From a candidate division FCPU426 bacterium (GTDB lineage: Bacteria > Oederibacteriota > Muellerivitia > Muellerivitales > DAHXKG01), in assembly GCA_027366525.1 (NCBI GenBank), contig DAHXKG010000003.1, positions 72,097 through 136,096 on the forward strand: a DNA stretch of 64,000 bases, given 5' to 3'. The position numbers and the translations under genes are program-made. The notes under the pieces are model-generated. The model had not been told where the DNA came from and did no database searches. It saw only the letters and a program-made list of their open reading frames with translations. Below, in pieces: positions 9,769 to 19,439 of the stretch. Every line of letters starts with the position of its first letter. The stretch's first letter is position 1.

Positions 9769-10586
9769 AGGAACACGCATTGTCGTGTTTAGAGATGGAG
9801 ATTCTTTCTTATATTGAAAGTAATAAGGGTATGGTGTTAGAGCTTTTAAAACAAAAATTTTTTGAATCGTCCTCGACCAAGTCCTTTCAGGCAGTAATAA
9901 AAAAACTTGAGATTCAAAAATATCTGAAAAAGTGTCAGCAATATCCGAAAGCGCCTGTTTTTGTTTTTTTAACGTTGAAAGCACGAACCCAACTGCAAAA
10001 GCAAGGCGGGGCTTATTTACCGGCTTCGCTGCGCCAACCGAAAATCAATATATTTGAAAGACAGCATGATTTTTGTGTTCAGCAAATTCGAATGAGCATT
10101 GAGAATTCAAAAAATGCGTGGAAGGATTTCGTGTGGCTTTCGGATTATGAAATGCGGTGTGGAATGAATTTATCTTGGAAGAAAAATAAAACGTTGTTGC
10201 GCCCATTTCAAAAATATACTCGAATTCCCGATGGCATTTTTGAAATACGGCTCAATGGGCACTTAGTGCATTTTGTGTTGGAATATGAACATGCTGCATA
10301 TTCGCATAGACAAATTCAAAGAATGGTTATGGGGCTTCAAAGGACTTTTCCGGATTTTTTATTTCTCATCGTGGCTCGAAATAAAATAAGGACTTTGCGT
10401 CTTGCTCGTATTATAGATCCATGGATTTCACACCAATCGTCAGAGCGTGATCGATGGATATTTTCTTTTTATGAAAAAGCAATTCAATTGCCTTTTGAAA
10501 AAATTCCGTGGGTTAATTTAAATACTGAATATGCTTTTTTTGTGGAAGATTCCATAAAGAATTTTGAATCCCTCAACCCTAAGTAA
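9765..10586 (+). CDS. Replication-relaxation (Replic_Relax/MOBC-like) PD-(D/E)xK nuclease with N-terminal winged helix
   Basis: wHTH-like N-terminus, HD motif (RQHDF), RIPDG and LEYE; TTG start overlaps the T4CP stop. Confidence 0.65.
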   Translation: MKEHALSCLEMEILSYIESNKGMVLELLKQKFFESSSTKSFQAVIKKLEIQKYLKKCQQYPKAPVFVFLTLKARTQLQKQGGAYLPASLRQPKINIFERQHDFCVQQIRMSIENSKNAWKDFVWLSDYEMRCGMNLSWKKNKTLLRPFQKYTRIPDGIFEIRLNGHLVHFVLEYEHAAYSHRQIQRMVMGLQRTFPDFLFLIVARNKIRTLRLARIIDPWISHQSSERDRWIFSFYEKAIQLPFEKIPWVNLNTEYAFFVEDSIKNFESLNPK

Positions 10587-10906
10587 TTTTCTCCATAATC
10601 ACGGTTTTCAGACTGTATTAATCCGATTTCAAATTTTAAATTGACCTCGTTTCGGAGGGTCAGCGGTTTTGATCAAAATTCATACGTGGAGATGAGCACG
10701 GGAAGGTTGCAGAGTGGATCCCCGAAGAGGATCAAGCGTCAAAAAGAAAAAAGCATATTTTGTTTTTATTGCTTGTAGTTTTTTTAGTTAAAGCTATTCT
10801 ATATATAAGAGTCCGTCATGTTAAACGATTGAAAGGCAATTTATTTTCAAGTTCAGCATGAAAGACTGGGCCGGAGCATTAATAAAATCTAAGGAGGATT
10901 GTGTTC

Positions 10907-10951
10907 ATGGCAACTGCAAAAAAGAAACCTGCTAAAGGAAAGAAGAAGTAG
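10907..10951 (+). CDS. 14-aa Lys-rich small peptide MATAKKKPAKGKKK
   Basis: AAGGAGG RBS at 10891-10897, ATG 10907, TAG, followed by a strong hairpin. Confidence 0.55.
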   Translation: MATAKKKPAKGKKK

Positions 10952-10966
10952 AAGCAATAGTATTAA

Positions 10967-10999
10967 AAGCAAGCCTAGATCAATGATTTAGGCTTGCTT
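10967..10999 (+). terminator. Stem-loop, probable terminator of the small-peptide transcript
   Basis: AAGCAAGCCTAGAT-caatg-ATTTAGGCTTGCTT; short U-tract only. Confidence 0.6.
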
Positions 11000-11351
11000 A
11001 TCAGAAGGTTGCCTTGAAATAAAATTTTTTATAAACCTCTCCCATCTCTAATGAAATTACGATTACGCAAATTTAAAAGTGAATAATTTCATGATTCCAT
11101 TTTCAAGATAATGTGGCCACGACAACCCTTCATTCCTTTTAATCCACTAGGGCTTTAACCTAATTGTTGGATGCAAAGCATCCTCCTTTGATGTTATAAT
11201 AAACCTGCGTTAGTTTAAGATGGAGAGTTGGATCCAAGTGCGATCATAGGGGTTGTTTTAGGGTCGAGATTAGTTTGTTAATTTCAGTTTGTTTTTGATA
11301 AAATTAGGGCGATATCAAAAAAGTAGAATAAAAAAAATTGAATGCTAAATT

Positions 11352-11840
11352 ATGTCAAGGAGGTCTCATGTGGTGGAATTTCTTTTTTTGAAAACATGGC
11401 CATGGTGGTTATCAGGGTTAGCCTTGGGACTGACAAGTCTTTTGTATTCAATGTGGACGAAGAAAAAAATAGACTTGATTGAATCGTTTTCAAATCAAGG
11501 TACGCCTGCCACAGCACGAAAATCGATATTCCAATCTAAAATTATTTGGTTTTGCTTAGGATTAATTTTAGGTGGATATATAGCAAATGCTTACGATTGG
11601 GGTTGGAGTTGGACTTATGGCCGCATGGATGAGATTACCTCAGGCAATTTCTTTTTAAAATGTTTTATTTTAATTATTGGCGGTGTTTTAGTTGGATTTG
11701 GAGCAAAATGGTTAAATGGTGGACCGGGAGAACACATTCTTCAAGGGATTAGTTTTCGAAGCTGGCCTTCGCTGATTATTTCGGCTGGGTTTTTAATTAG
11801 TGGGATTCTTTTTGTAAATTTTATTTATAGGATTATGTGA
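11352..11840 (+). CDS. YeeE/YedE-family membrane protein (first half)
   Basis: WPWWLSG, GLILGG, GGVLVGFGAKW pattern; hydrophobic. Confidence 0.7.
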   Translation: MSRRSHVVEFLFLKTWPWWLSGLALGLTSLLYSMWTKKKIDLIESFSNQGTPATARKSIFQSKIIWFCLGLILGGYIANAYDWGWSWTYGRMDEITSGNFFLKCFILIIGGVLVGFGAKWLNGGPGEHILQGISFRSWPSLIISAGFLISGILFVNFIYRIM

Positions 11841-12355
11841 TGCCAACCAAAAAAACGATCAAGAAAAAAAGCCCTTCGTCTACTAAAAGGGAAGTAAGAA
11901 TTAAGCCCGTCTTAGAAAAATCAAAACTATTAGAAGTTAAGCCCGTCGATCAAAAATCATTTTGGGCTTTTTTAATTTGTGGACTTTTGTTTGGATATTT
12001 CCTCTCTAAAACGGGAATCACCAGTTATAATTCGGTTGTGAAAATGTTTTTGTTGATGGGCAATCATATTTATAAAGCCATCGGCTTAGCGATTGCGATC
12101 GGATTATTAGGATTTGGTTTTTTTGAAAAACAAAAACGGGGACAAACTTTTTTTTCAGAAGAAGTTTTTAAAAATCCTGTTGAAGTTCGTTTAGATAAAA
12201 TTCTTGGAATCATTATGTTGGGAGCTGGAGTTGCACTAACTGGAGACACGTTAGGAACCGCTTTGGTTCAACTTGGAGAAGGGAAACTGGTTGTTGTTTT
12301 TTCATTGGTGGGAATTAGTTTAGGTATTTGGATTTATGATAAGTTTGCGGCTTAA
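11837..12355 (+). CDS. YeeE/YedE-family membrane protein (second half)
   Basis: GLLFGYFLSK, GAGVALTG..GTALVQLGEG pattern; overlaps the upstream stop. Confidence 0.7.
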   Translation: MMPTKKTIKKKSPSSTKREVRIKPVLEKSKLLEVKPVDQKSFWAFLICGLLFGYFLSKTGITSYNSVVKMFLLMGNHIYKAIGLAIAIGLLGFGFFEKQKRGQTFFSEEVFKNPVEVRLDKILGIIMLGAGVALTGDTLGTALVQLGEGKLVVVFSLVGISLGIWIYDKFAA

Positions 12356-12356
12356 T

Positions 12357-14117
12357 TTAGGATACCAGAGATTCAAGCCGATCTAATTCTAAACTAATTT
12401 CATTCATTAAATCAGCTAGTAGAGGTTCTTCAAAATTAAAGCGAATACCCGCTTTTTGAAAAATTTCAGGTAACGGAAGGCTTCCACCTACGGCAAGTCC
12501 TTCCAAAAAAGAATGTAAACCATCTTCAAAATGCTGACGAGTATTTTTCCAAACTTGGAGAGCCCCGAGTTGTGCAATTCCATATTCAATATAATAAAAG
12601 GGAACTTCAAAAATATGCAATTGTCGGTGCCAGTGACTTTCTAGTGCGTCTTCCAATCCATCCCAATTTTCAAGACCACTAAATTTTTTCCAAAGAATCA
12701 ACCATTGCTTCGAACGGTCTTGAGCCGTTTGATCAGGATGTAGATAAATCCAATGCTGAAAAGCATCAACCAGTGCAATCCAAGGAAATAAAAGAACGAT
12801 ATGCTCGAAATGATCGATTTGAGATCGAATGGCATCCGAAGGATTCGGATAGCAATAGTGTAAGAATTGATTGCCGAGTAATTCCATGCTCATTGAAGCA
12901 ACTTCGCAGAATTCCATGGGAGCATGTTGATAGGGTGAAAAGGAGATTGTGCGGGAGGCAAATGCGTGCATGGCGTGGCCACTTTCATGAAGTAGCGTAC
13001 GAAGATCCTGATCTAGGCCCACGGCGTTCATGAAGATAAAAGGAAGTCGGGATTCAGAAAACATAGTATTATATCCACCGGGTGCTTTTCCCTTTCGGCT
13101 TTGCAAATCTAGCAATCCCAGTTGAATCATCGTTTGAAATTGATGACTTAATGTGGGAGAAAGGGCTTGTAGAATTTGATCACATTGCTTGATGAGTTGT
13201 TCGATTTGATCAAATGGATGTAAAGGAGGGCGCCCCAGCGGATCAACGCCGAGATCCCACGGCCGCAACGTATCCAGCTTCATTTTTTTCATCCGGCGAA
13301 GTTGTATTTTTTTTACAAGTGGTAGAACCGTTTTTTCAATACTGGAATGAAAGCGTTCACAATCCTCCGGAGAATAATCAAAACGTTCTTTGAGTTTAAA
13401 AGAGTAATCGCGGAAATTTTGAAATCCTGCGTTTTGTGAAATCGTGGTACGTAATTTCAACATCTGATCAAATAAGTGATTGAGTGTATGTTTTTCTTTT
13501 AAACGACGTTGGGTGATTAGATGCCAGACTTCATCTCGAATCAGTCGATTAGGCGATTCTAAATAGCGAGACATTTCTTGTAACGTTTGCTCCTTTTGAT
13601 CATAGGTAATGGTTAGAGATCCGGTAATTTTTTGATACTGCTGTGAGAGTTGTTCAAGTTGGGTTTCCAGAGGGATATTACTTTCGCGATAGAGGCTCAA
13701 CTGATTTTCAACAGTGCGATTAAAGAGGTCATATTGATTGGTGTTGAGTAAGCGACGAGCCGGGCTATTCCAATATTTTTGCAATAAAATAAAATTATAT
13801 TTTTTTTCCAAAGGAGCTATTTCTTGAATAAATTCAAGAAATAATTTTTCAATTTCTGGATTATCAGTTTGACAGGTCATTTGAACATATCGAATTTCAG
13901 CTTCCTCTTGTAAGACATCGGTTAATTCATTAAAATCATCTAACCAAGTTTTAAGTTCATCGGGTCCTTGAAGGACGCGTTGATCTAAGTCGCGATAAAA
14001 AGGCTCAACGGAATTCCAATTTTGAACTTGAAATTGTGGAGGCAAGTATTTTCTTTTAAAAATATGTGGCAAATTTCTCAAATTATGTGTTGTACTCATA
14101 AGGGGGTACGGTATCAA
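12357..14117 (-). CDS. M3 family oligoendopeptidase F
   Basis: GKAPGGY, LHESGHAMH zinc motif, EFCEVASMSME, PFYYIEY. Confidence 0.92.
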   Translation of the reverse strand: MIPYPLMSTTHNLRNLPHIFKRKYLPPQFQVQNWNSVEPFYRDLDQRVLQGPDELKTWLDDFNELTDVLQEEAEIRYVQMTCQTDNPEIEKLFLEFIQEIAPLEKKYNFILLQKYWNSPARRLLNTNQYDLFNRTVENQLSLYRESNIPLETQLEQLSQQYQKITGSLTITYDQKEQTLQEMSRYLESPNRLIRDEVWHLITQRRLKEKHTLNHLFDQMLKLRTTISQNAGFQNFRDYSFKLKERFDYSPEDCERFHSSIEKTVLPLVKKIQLRRMKKMKLDTLRPWDLGVDPLGRPPLHPFDQIEQLIKQCDQILQALSPTLSHQFQTMIQLGLLDLQSRKGKAPGGYNTMFSESRLPFIFMNAVGLDQDLRTLLHESGHAMHAFASRTISFSPYQHAPMEFCEVASMSMELLGNQFLHYCYPNPSDAIRSQIDHFEHIVLLFPWIALVDAFQHWIYLHPDQTAQDRSKQWLILWKKFSGLENWDGLEDALESHWHRQLHIFEVPFYYIEYGIAQLGALQVWKNTRQHFEDGLHSFLEGLAVGGSLPLPEIFQKAGIRFNFEEPLLADLMNEISLELDRLESLVS

Positions 14118-14125
14118 AAATTAGC

Positions 14126-14656
14126 GTGAATTTAAAGAGGCTTTTAATGTTGAAAAAAAATAATTTTTTAAATATCGCCATCGGGTTTTTATTCTTAACG
14201 CTTATGGCTGGATGTCAACTTCCCAATCGAGGTTTAGATAAAATTGAATTGGCCCGAGAATTAAAATTAGGCGCTAGTGCTGGTGAAATTTTGTATCATT
14301 GGTATATGTTTTCTAAACGACCTTTACAATCGGATTCCGTTCTGAGTAATAAAAGTGTCGTGGCCTATCGAGGGATAAGTTATCATGTCAGTGTTTCTGG
14401 ATTTTATATCTTTTTTAATATGGCCACCCGAACACTAGTCAAAGTGGAATTTATGTACAGGCCTAGTATGGCCAAAGAAAAGGAGAAAAGCTTGTTAAAA
14501 CAGTGGACCAAAGCCTTATGGAAACCTGAAGTTATTCGTCAATGGGGAGGGCAAATTTATTTGTGGCAAGATAAATATGCCCAGATTAAATTATATGTTT
14601 CCAATGGTATTTGCTACTTCGAGCAATTACTGACCCAAAATCCAGTTCAAAGATAA
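14126..14656 (+). CDS. Hypothetical lipoprotein
   Basis: Signal peptide ending in MAGC lipobox; true start probably at MLKK. Confidence 0.6.
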   Translation: MNLKRLLMLKKNNFLNIAIGFLFLTLMAGCQLPNRGLDKIELARELKLGASAGEILYHWYMFSKRPLQSDSVLSNKSVVAYRGISYHVSVSGFYIFFNMATRTLVKVEFMYRPSMAKEKEKSLLKQWTKALWKPEVIRQWGGQIYLWQDKYAQIKLYVSNGICYFEQLLTQNPVQR

Positions 14657-14661
14657 ATTTC

Positions 14662-15615
14662 ATGGATATTTTTTCCTATTCGCGGATTAGTACCTATTTT
14701 AATTGTCCTAAACAATATAAGTTTCGGTATGTTGACAAAATTCCTTCACCAGTGCCGGAAGGCATCGAGCTGTTTTTGGGATCCCGATTTCATGAAGCGA
14801 TGGAATATCTTTACCAAGAAATTCCTCGAGAGGTACTTTCGTTAGAAAAACTTAAAAAATATTTTCAAATGCTTTGGGAAGAAAAATGGAATGAATGTGT
14901 AAAAAAACAAAAGGAAAAAAATTTCCAAAGCCCGATTCGCATTGTTCGAAAAAATGAAACCATGCAAGATTTTTTTCAAAAGGGCCAGCTTTTTTTAGAG
15001 AATTATTATAAAAAATATTATCCATTTAATCAGGACTATACGGAAGGCTTGGAGCTCAAAGTATTATTTGATTTGGATCCAGAAGGTCAATATAAAATGC
15101 AAGGGTATATTGATCGATTAGCGAGAGACAATCAAGGCATCTTGTGGATTCATGATTATAAAACCAATAGTCGAAAATTATCCAAAGACGATGTGAATTT
15201 TGACGATCAATTAGCCTTGTATCAAGTTGGAGTTAATCAAAGTGCTAAATATCAATCATTTTCTGGCGTGAAATTAATGTGGCACTTTGTGGCTTTCTCC
15301 AATAATGAATCGCTCGTGAGTGAGTGTACACAAGAAAAATTAGTACAGTTGAAGCGAAAGTATATTTCAAAAATTCAAAAAATCAAGGCGGATCAAGTTT
15401 ATCCTACTCAAGTTAGTCGTTTATGTGAATGGTGCGAGTATTTAACGTTATGTCCTGAAGGTCAAAAAAAAATTCATGAGTACTCAAACATATCTCCCCC
15501 TCTATCCGAAATGGAAAAAAATGCACCAAGTGATCATTCTTTATTGAAAAAGTCCTTGGATTTTCAGAAAGATGTTTCTAGTTATAATACTTCCGAGCAA
15601 CTTCCATTGTTTTAA
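14662..15615 (+). CDS. Stand-alone RecB/AddB-family PD-(D/E)xK nuclease, probable 4Fe-4S
   Basis: FSYSRI..CPKQY, GSRFH, GYIDRL, DYKT, QLALY, CEWCEYLTLC. Confidence 0.85.
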   Translation: MDIFSYSRISTYFNCPKQYKFRYVDKIPSPVPEGIELFLGSRFHEAMEYLYQEIPREVLSLEKLKKYFQMLWEEKWNECVKKQKEKNFQSPIRIVRKNETMQDFFQKGQLFLENYYKKYYPFNQDYTEGLELKVLFDLDPEGQYKMQGYIDRLARDNQGILWIHDYKTNSRKLSKDDVNFDDQLALYQVGVNQSAKYQSFSGVKLMWHFVAFSNNESLVSECTQEKLVQLKRKYISKIQKIKADQVYPTQVSRLCEWCEYLTLCPEGQKKIHEYSNISPPLSEMEKNAPSDHSLLKKSLDFQKDVSSYNTSEQLPLF

Positions 15616-15656
15616 ATGCAGGAACCCTAGTTTAAGTACGAAAGCCAAATACAGGG

Positions 15657-15696
15657 TCGCCTTTCCACCTTAATAAAAAGGCGATTTCTATTTTTT
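15657..15696 (+). terminator. Probable intrinsic terminator
   Basis: TCGCCTTT...AAAGGCGA stem followed by a T-rich tract. Confidence 0.5.
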
Positions 15697-16076
15697 CAAA
15701 TACTTGTGATGGATACGGTTGCAAGTTTTTTTAAAAATCCTTTGATAAATTTCAAGTCTGTAAAAATATCTATATTTCTTTTGTTAACGGTTATTAAGTG
15801 TATGGACATCATAAAGTTATGACAGCGTTTTGATGGGATTGAGTAAACGGTCAGGTGACTTCTTCAAAAAACATAAGGAATTAGTAGTAGAATTCAAAAG
15901 TAAAACGAATCACCAAAAATCGTTATTCGCTCATTGTTAAAATAGCCCAAATATTGTCAAGCTACAAAAAATAAAAAAAAACTAAAGTGTATAAACAAAA
16001 AAAATATTTAAAATAAAAGTTATAAATCAAGCAATGATATGAAAAATATTTCAAATTAAAAAAGAGGGACCCAGCT

Positions 16077-17354
16077 ATGTTTCCTTATGATTACAAAGAA
16101 TATTATATCCTCTACGTGGATGATGAAGAAAAAGCCCTTAAATATTTTAAAAGCACATTGGAACATCGATTTAAAATTCTCACTGCGATTAATGCCAACG
16201 AAGGATATAAAATTGTAAAAAAATATCAGCAAGAGATTGCAATTGTTGTAACAGACCAACGCATGCCCGTAGAAAATGGTGTTCAGTTCTTGGAGAAGGT
16301 GAGAATACTTCTTCCTAAAACCGTGCGTATTTTGGTTACCGCTTTTTCAGAACTCGATGTGGCCATTCAAGCCGTAAATACGGGAGCGATCTATAAATAT
16401 GTTTCAAAGCCTTGGAACCTTCCAGAATTAGAAGTCATGTTGATGCGCGGCATGGAATATTTTAAAATTCAAAAAGAGCGCGACGCGTTGTTGAATGAAA
16501 AAATATCAATTTTGAATAACATGTTAATGACGGATCGATTAATTAGCCTTGGATTTCTTGCAACAGGGTTAGGACATCATCTTCGAAATTCGATGGTGGC
16601 TATTAAAACTTTTTTAGACTTAACACCGCTTAAGCTGGAGCAAGAAGTTGTTTCTTTAGATCGAATTCAAAATCCTGATTTTTGGAAAAATTATTACACA
16701 CGGGTTCAGGAACAAATGAATAAAATTACCGAACTACTCAATCAATTAGTTCAGATATCCGAAAAACCGAAAGCCTATTTTCCAGATAAAATTAAATTAG
16801 AAAAAATGGTTAAAAACGCACTCGAGAAATATCAAAAAGAGGCCAGCAAGAAAAACATTACTGTTGAAAATTATGTTACGGATATTGCCCAGGTGCTTCA
16901 GGTGGACCAAATCAAGTTTGAAAGATTTCTAGATCTCCTTTTAGAAGATGAAATTGCTAGTGTCAAAGAAGGTGGATCAATTACGTTAAGATCATTCAAT
17001 TCTGAAAAAAATTCAAATGAAATTATATTGGAAATACAAGACAGTGGGAGTGGTTTCTTGCACCAACGAACGAAGTGGATATTTGATCCATTTTATACGC
17101 GTAATCAAGATCCAAAAAATTGGGGACTGAATCTCATGGCTTGCTTTTTTATTGTTCATCACCATGGTGGTCGGGTGGAAATTTCCGAAGCGAGTGTAAA
17201 GGAAGGCAACATTATCCAGTTTATTTTTCCAGTATGCCCGCCAGAAATTCCAAAAGACGAAGACCAAAAACTCATGAATCGCATTTTATTAAATGAGGAA
17301 CTTTGGGAAAAATTATTGACCGGACATGAAACGGCCATAGAAATTAATTCATAA
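16077..17354 (+). CDS. Receiver plus histidine kinase protein (PhcR-like)
   Basis: ILYVDDE, TDQRMP, KPW receiver; GHHLRN H-box; DSGSG/IFDPF/GLNL ATPase boxes; paralog of 36989..38257. Confidence 0.85.
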   Translation: MFPYDYKEYYILYVDDEEKALKYFKSTLEHRFKILTAINANEGYKIVKKYQQEIAIVVTDQRMPVENGVQFLEKVRILLPKTVRILVTAFSELDVAIQAVNTGAIYKYVSKPWNLPELEVMLMRGMEYFKIQKERDALLNEKISILNNMLMTDRLISLGFLATGLGHHLRNSMVAIKTFLDLTPLKLEQEVVSLDRIQNPDFWKNYYTRVQEQMNKITELLNQLVQISEKPKAYFPDKIKLEKMVKNALEKYQKEASKKNITVENYVTDIAQVLQVDQIKFERFLDLLLEDEIASVKEGGSITLRSFNSEKNSNEIILEIQDSGSGFLHQRTKWIFDPFYTRNQDPKNWGLNLMACFFIVHHHGGRVEISEASVKEGNIIQFIFPVCPPEIPKDEDQKLMNRILLNEELWEKLLTGHETAIEINS

Positions 17355-17364
17355 ACATTGGTAT

Positions 17365-19296
17365 TTAAAATTTGTGGGCAATTCTTGGTGGATTTGTCGC
17401 TAAGGATTTTTTCAGTAACCCGTCTAAAATAGGTTTTAATGGATCGTGTGAATCCATTTTCGGGAAGTTGGATGTCCAGTAACGATTATTAATTTTTACC
17501 AAAGCTTCCAGAGCACTTTTCCGAACTAGAGTCGAGTAACAATAATGAAAAATCCGCTTTTTCAAAATAATATTGGTGAGAAATGGGATCGCATTAAGAT
17601 ATAGAAGATCGCCTAGCATTTGACAAGTAGAAATCAAAATCAATTCGGAAGATCGATTGAAGTGTTCTCGATATGCGATTACTTTAAATATCAGTGGCAG
17701 TAGATGTTCACGACCAGCGTATCCTAGTGCTTGAATGGCTTTAATGACCATTTCTTCTGAATCGTCTAATAGGAGAAGTTTCAAAAGTAATTCACTTGAA
17801 AAATCATTGGAAGCCTCAATCGTTTGAATTAAATTTAACTTAAGTTGGGTTGAACCTTGAGCAACCCATGGGAACAATTGAAAAGAAAGTTTTAAATCAA
17901 TCCCGAAAATTCCGAAAACGGGGAATAACTTTAAAAGTTCTTCCTCGGTTTTGACATCCGCGACCATATCTAAGAGAACTGAAGAGATCCGATTTCGAAT
18001 TTCCGGAATAAAATTTAAATAAGAAATTATAGTCTCACTGAGGCAATCATCGATTGGTAAAAATGGATTAATGGATGTTACATTGGAGTAAGGAGGAAAA
18101 ATAGCTTTTCTTGTTTGTTGAATGAAAAAAATTATTTTTTGAATCAGGATAGGATTCAATTTTTTTAGGAGCCATACTCGAATCATTTGACGTCGTTCTA
18201 AAGTAGCCGGTTGATCATTTTCTATGTGAGAATGAAATGTGAAAAACAAATGAAAAATAAGTTTACTCATGGAAAATTGAATGGCCATGTCGAGCAGATC
18301 CCAAATTAGGAGCAATTCAGTTTGATATAGGGAATCATCAGTTTCTTTGGATAATTGAATAATTAAATTTTTTAATATCAAGTGAACCCATCTGGGATTT
18401 TTAATCCATGGACGGGAATCTTGAAGATGATTTAAAGCCAATAGTCGGTCAGTTGGGGTTGACTGGAGATTTTTGATGAGCTGAAATAAACAAGAGCGTA
18501 TCAAAAAATATTTTTGCTGTTGTTCCCAATGAAGAATACACTCATTGATTAGGCCTACAGTTGCAGGTTCTTTTAGAACATTCATCCAGTGATTTTGAAT
18601 GCAACTCTCAACCAACTGGATCATAGGTTCCATTTGATTTTCTTGCAATAAATCTCCTGTTGGAGTGTTAAACCAATCATTGATATATTGGAATGAATCA
18701 CCAATTTTAGATACTTGATTCAAAAAATAAGAAAAAAGTTGTTGCATGGCTAATTTTAATTGAAGATGCTTTAAGGATATAGAGGACTCTCTCTGGAGCG
18801 CCACCAGTTGATTCCAGCCTAAAGCAATTGCTTTAAGAACAGTGGCTTGAGTGGAATTTTCTGTAACGGGGGGAATAACAGTTATGGCTTGTAAGGGAAG
18901 AGTAAAGCTTTTTTTTGAACTTATTGCAGATGGATTCAGATAGAAATCGTCATTCAATTTTTGGTGAGATAAAAAATTAGTTGACGGATTAATCTCAGTG
19001 CCGATCATGATTTTTATCCAGGAAGATGGCAATAAAAACATTTTTTTAACGCAATTAATAAAATCATCCAAGGCAAGGTTATTACAAGAAATAGCATTTA
19101 AAAATGAAATCCAATCAGCGGTCTTACGTGACATATCGATCATTGGATTAAAAAAAATCGAATCAGCTAAAAAAATTTTTTTAAATGAAAAAACTGGATT
19201 GCATATTTCCCAATTGGATTTAGCAATGATAAAAAAATTCGGATATTTGGATAACGATGGAACAAATCCCAAGGATAATACTTGAAAGGGTTTCAT
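17365..19296 (-). CDS. Hypothetical protein with C-terminal HEAT-like repeats
   Basis: GAGGTG RBS; DDSEEMVIKAIQALG, LGDL..AIPFL and VRKSALEAL helical repeat patterns. Confidence 0.55.
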   Translation of the reverse strand: MKPFQVLSLGFVPSLSKYPNFFIIAKSNWEICNPVFSFKKIFLADSIFFNPMIDMSRKTADWISFLNAISCNNLALDDFINCVKKMFLLPSSWIKIMIGTEINPSTNFLSHQKLNDDFYLNPSAISSKKSFTLPLQAITVIPPVTENSTQATVLKAIALGWNQLVALQRESSISLKHLQLKLAMQQLFSYFLNQVSKIGDSFQYINDWFNTPTGDLLQENQMEPMIQLVESCIQNHWMNVLKEPATVGLINECILHWEQQQKYFLIRSCLFQLIKNLQSTPTDRLLALNHLQDSRPWIKNPRWVHLILKNLIIQLSKETDDSLYQTELLLIWDLLDMAIQFSMSKLIFHLFFTFHSHIENDQPATLERRQMIRVWLLKKLNPILIQKIIFFIQQTRKAIFPPYSNVTSINPFLPIDDCLSETIISYLNFIPEIRNRISSVLLDMVADVKTEEELLKLFPVFGIFGIDLKLSFQLFPWVAQGSTQLKLNLIQTIEASNDFSSELLLKLLLLDDSEEMVIKAIQALGYAGREHLLPLIFKVIAYREHFNRSSELILISTCQMLGDLLYLNAIPFLTNIILKKRIFHYCYSTLVRKSALEALVKINNRYWTSNFPKMDSHDPLKPILDGLLKKSLATNPPRIAHKF

Positions 19297-19439
19297 AATT
19301 CACCTCGTACGTTGATTAGTAATGAAACCGTATTTCAAGCGGATAATTTTCAAACTTAGAATATCATCAAGAGGGCCTCAATGTTGAGAAAAAGAAACAG
19401 GCAAAGAGGAATTCGTTTTACTTGTAAGATGTTCAAAAA

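Noticed and set aside
14662..15615. Cas4 assignment
   Set aside because: No cas1/cas2 or array nearby; length and motifs fit a generic RecB-family nuclease.
18998..19285. 95-aa plus-strand ORF
   Set aside because: Antisense to the 643-aa ORF, which has a clear GAGGTG RBS; likely a shadow ORF.
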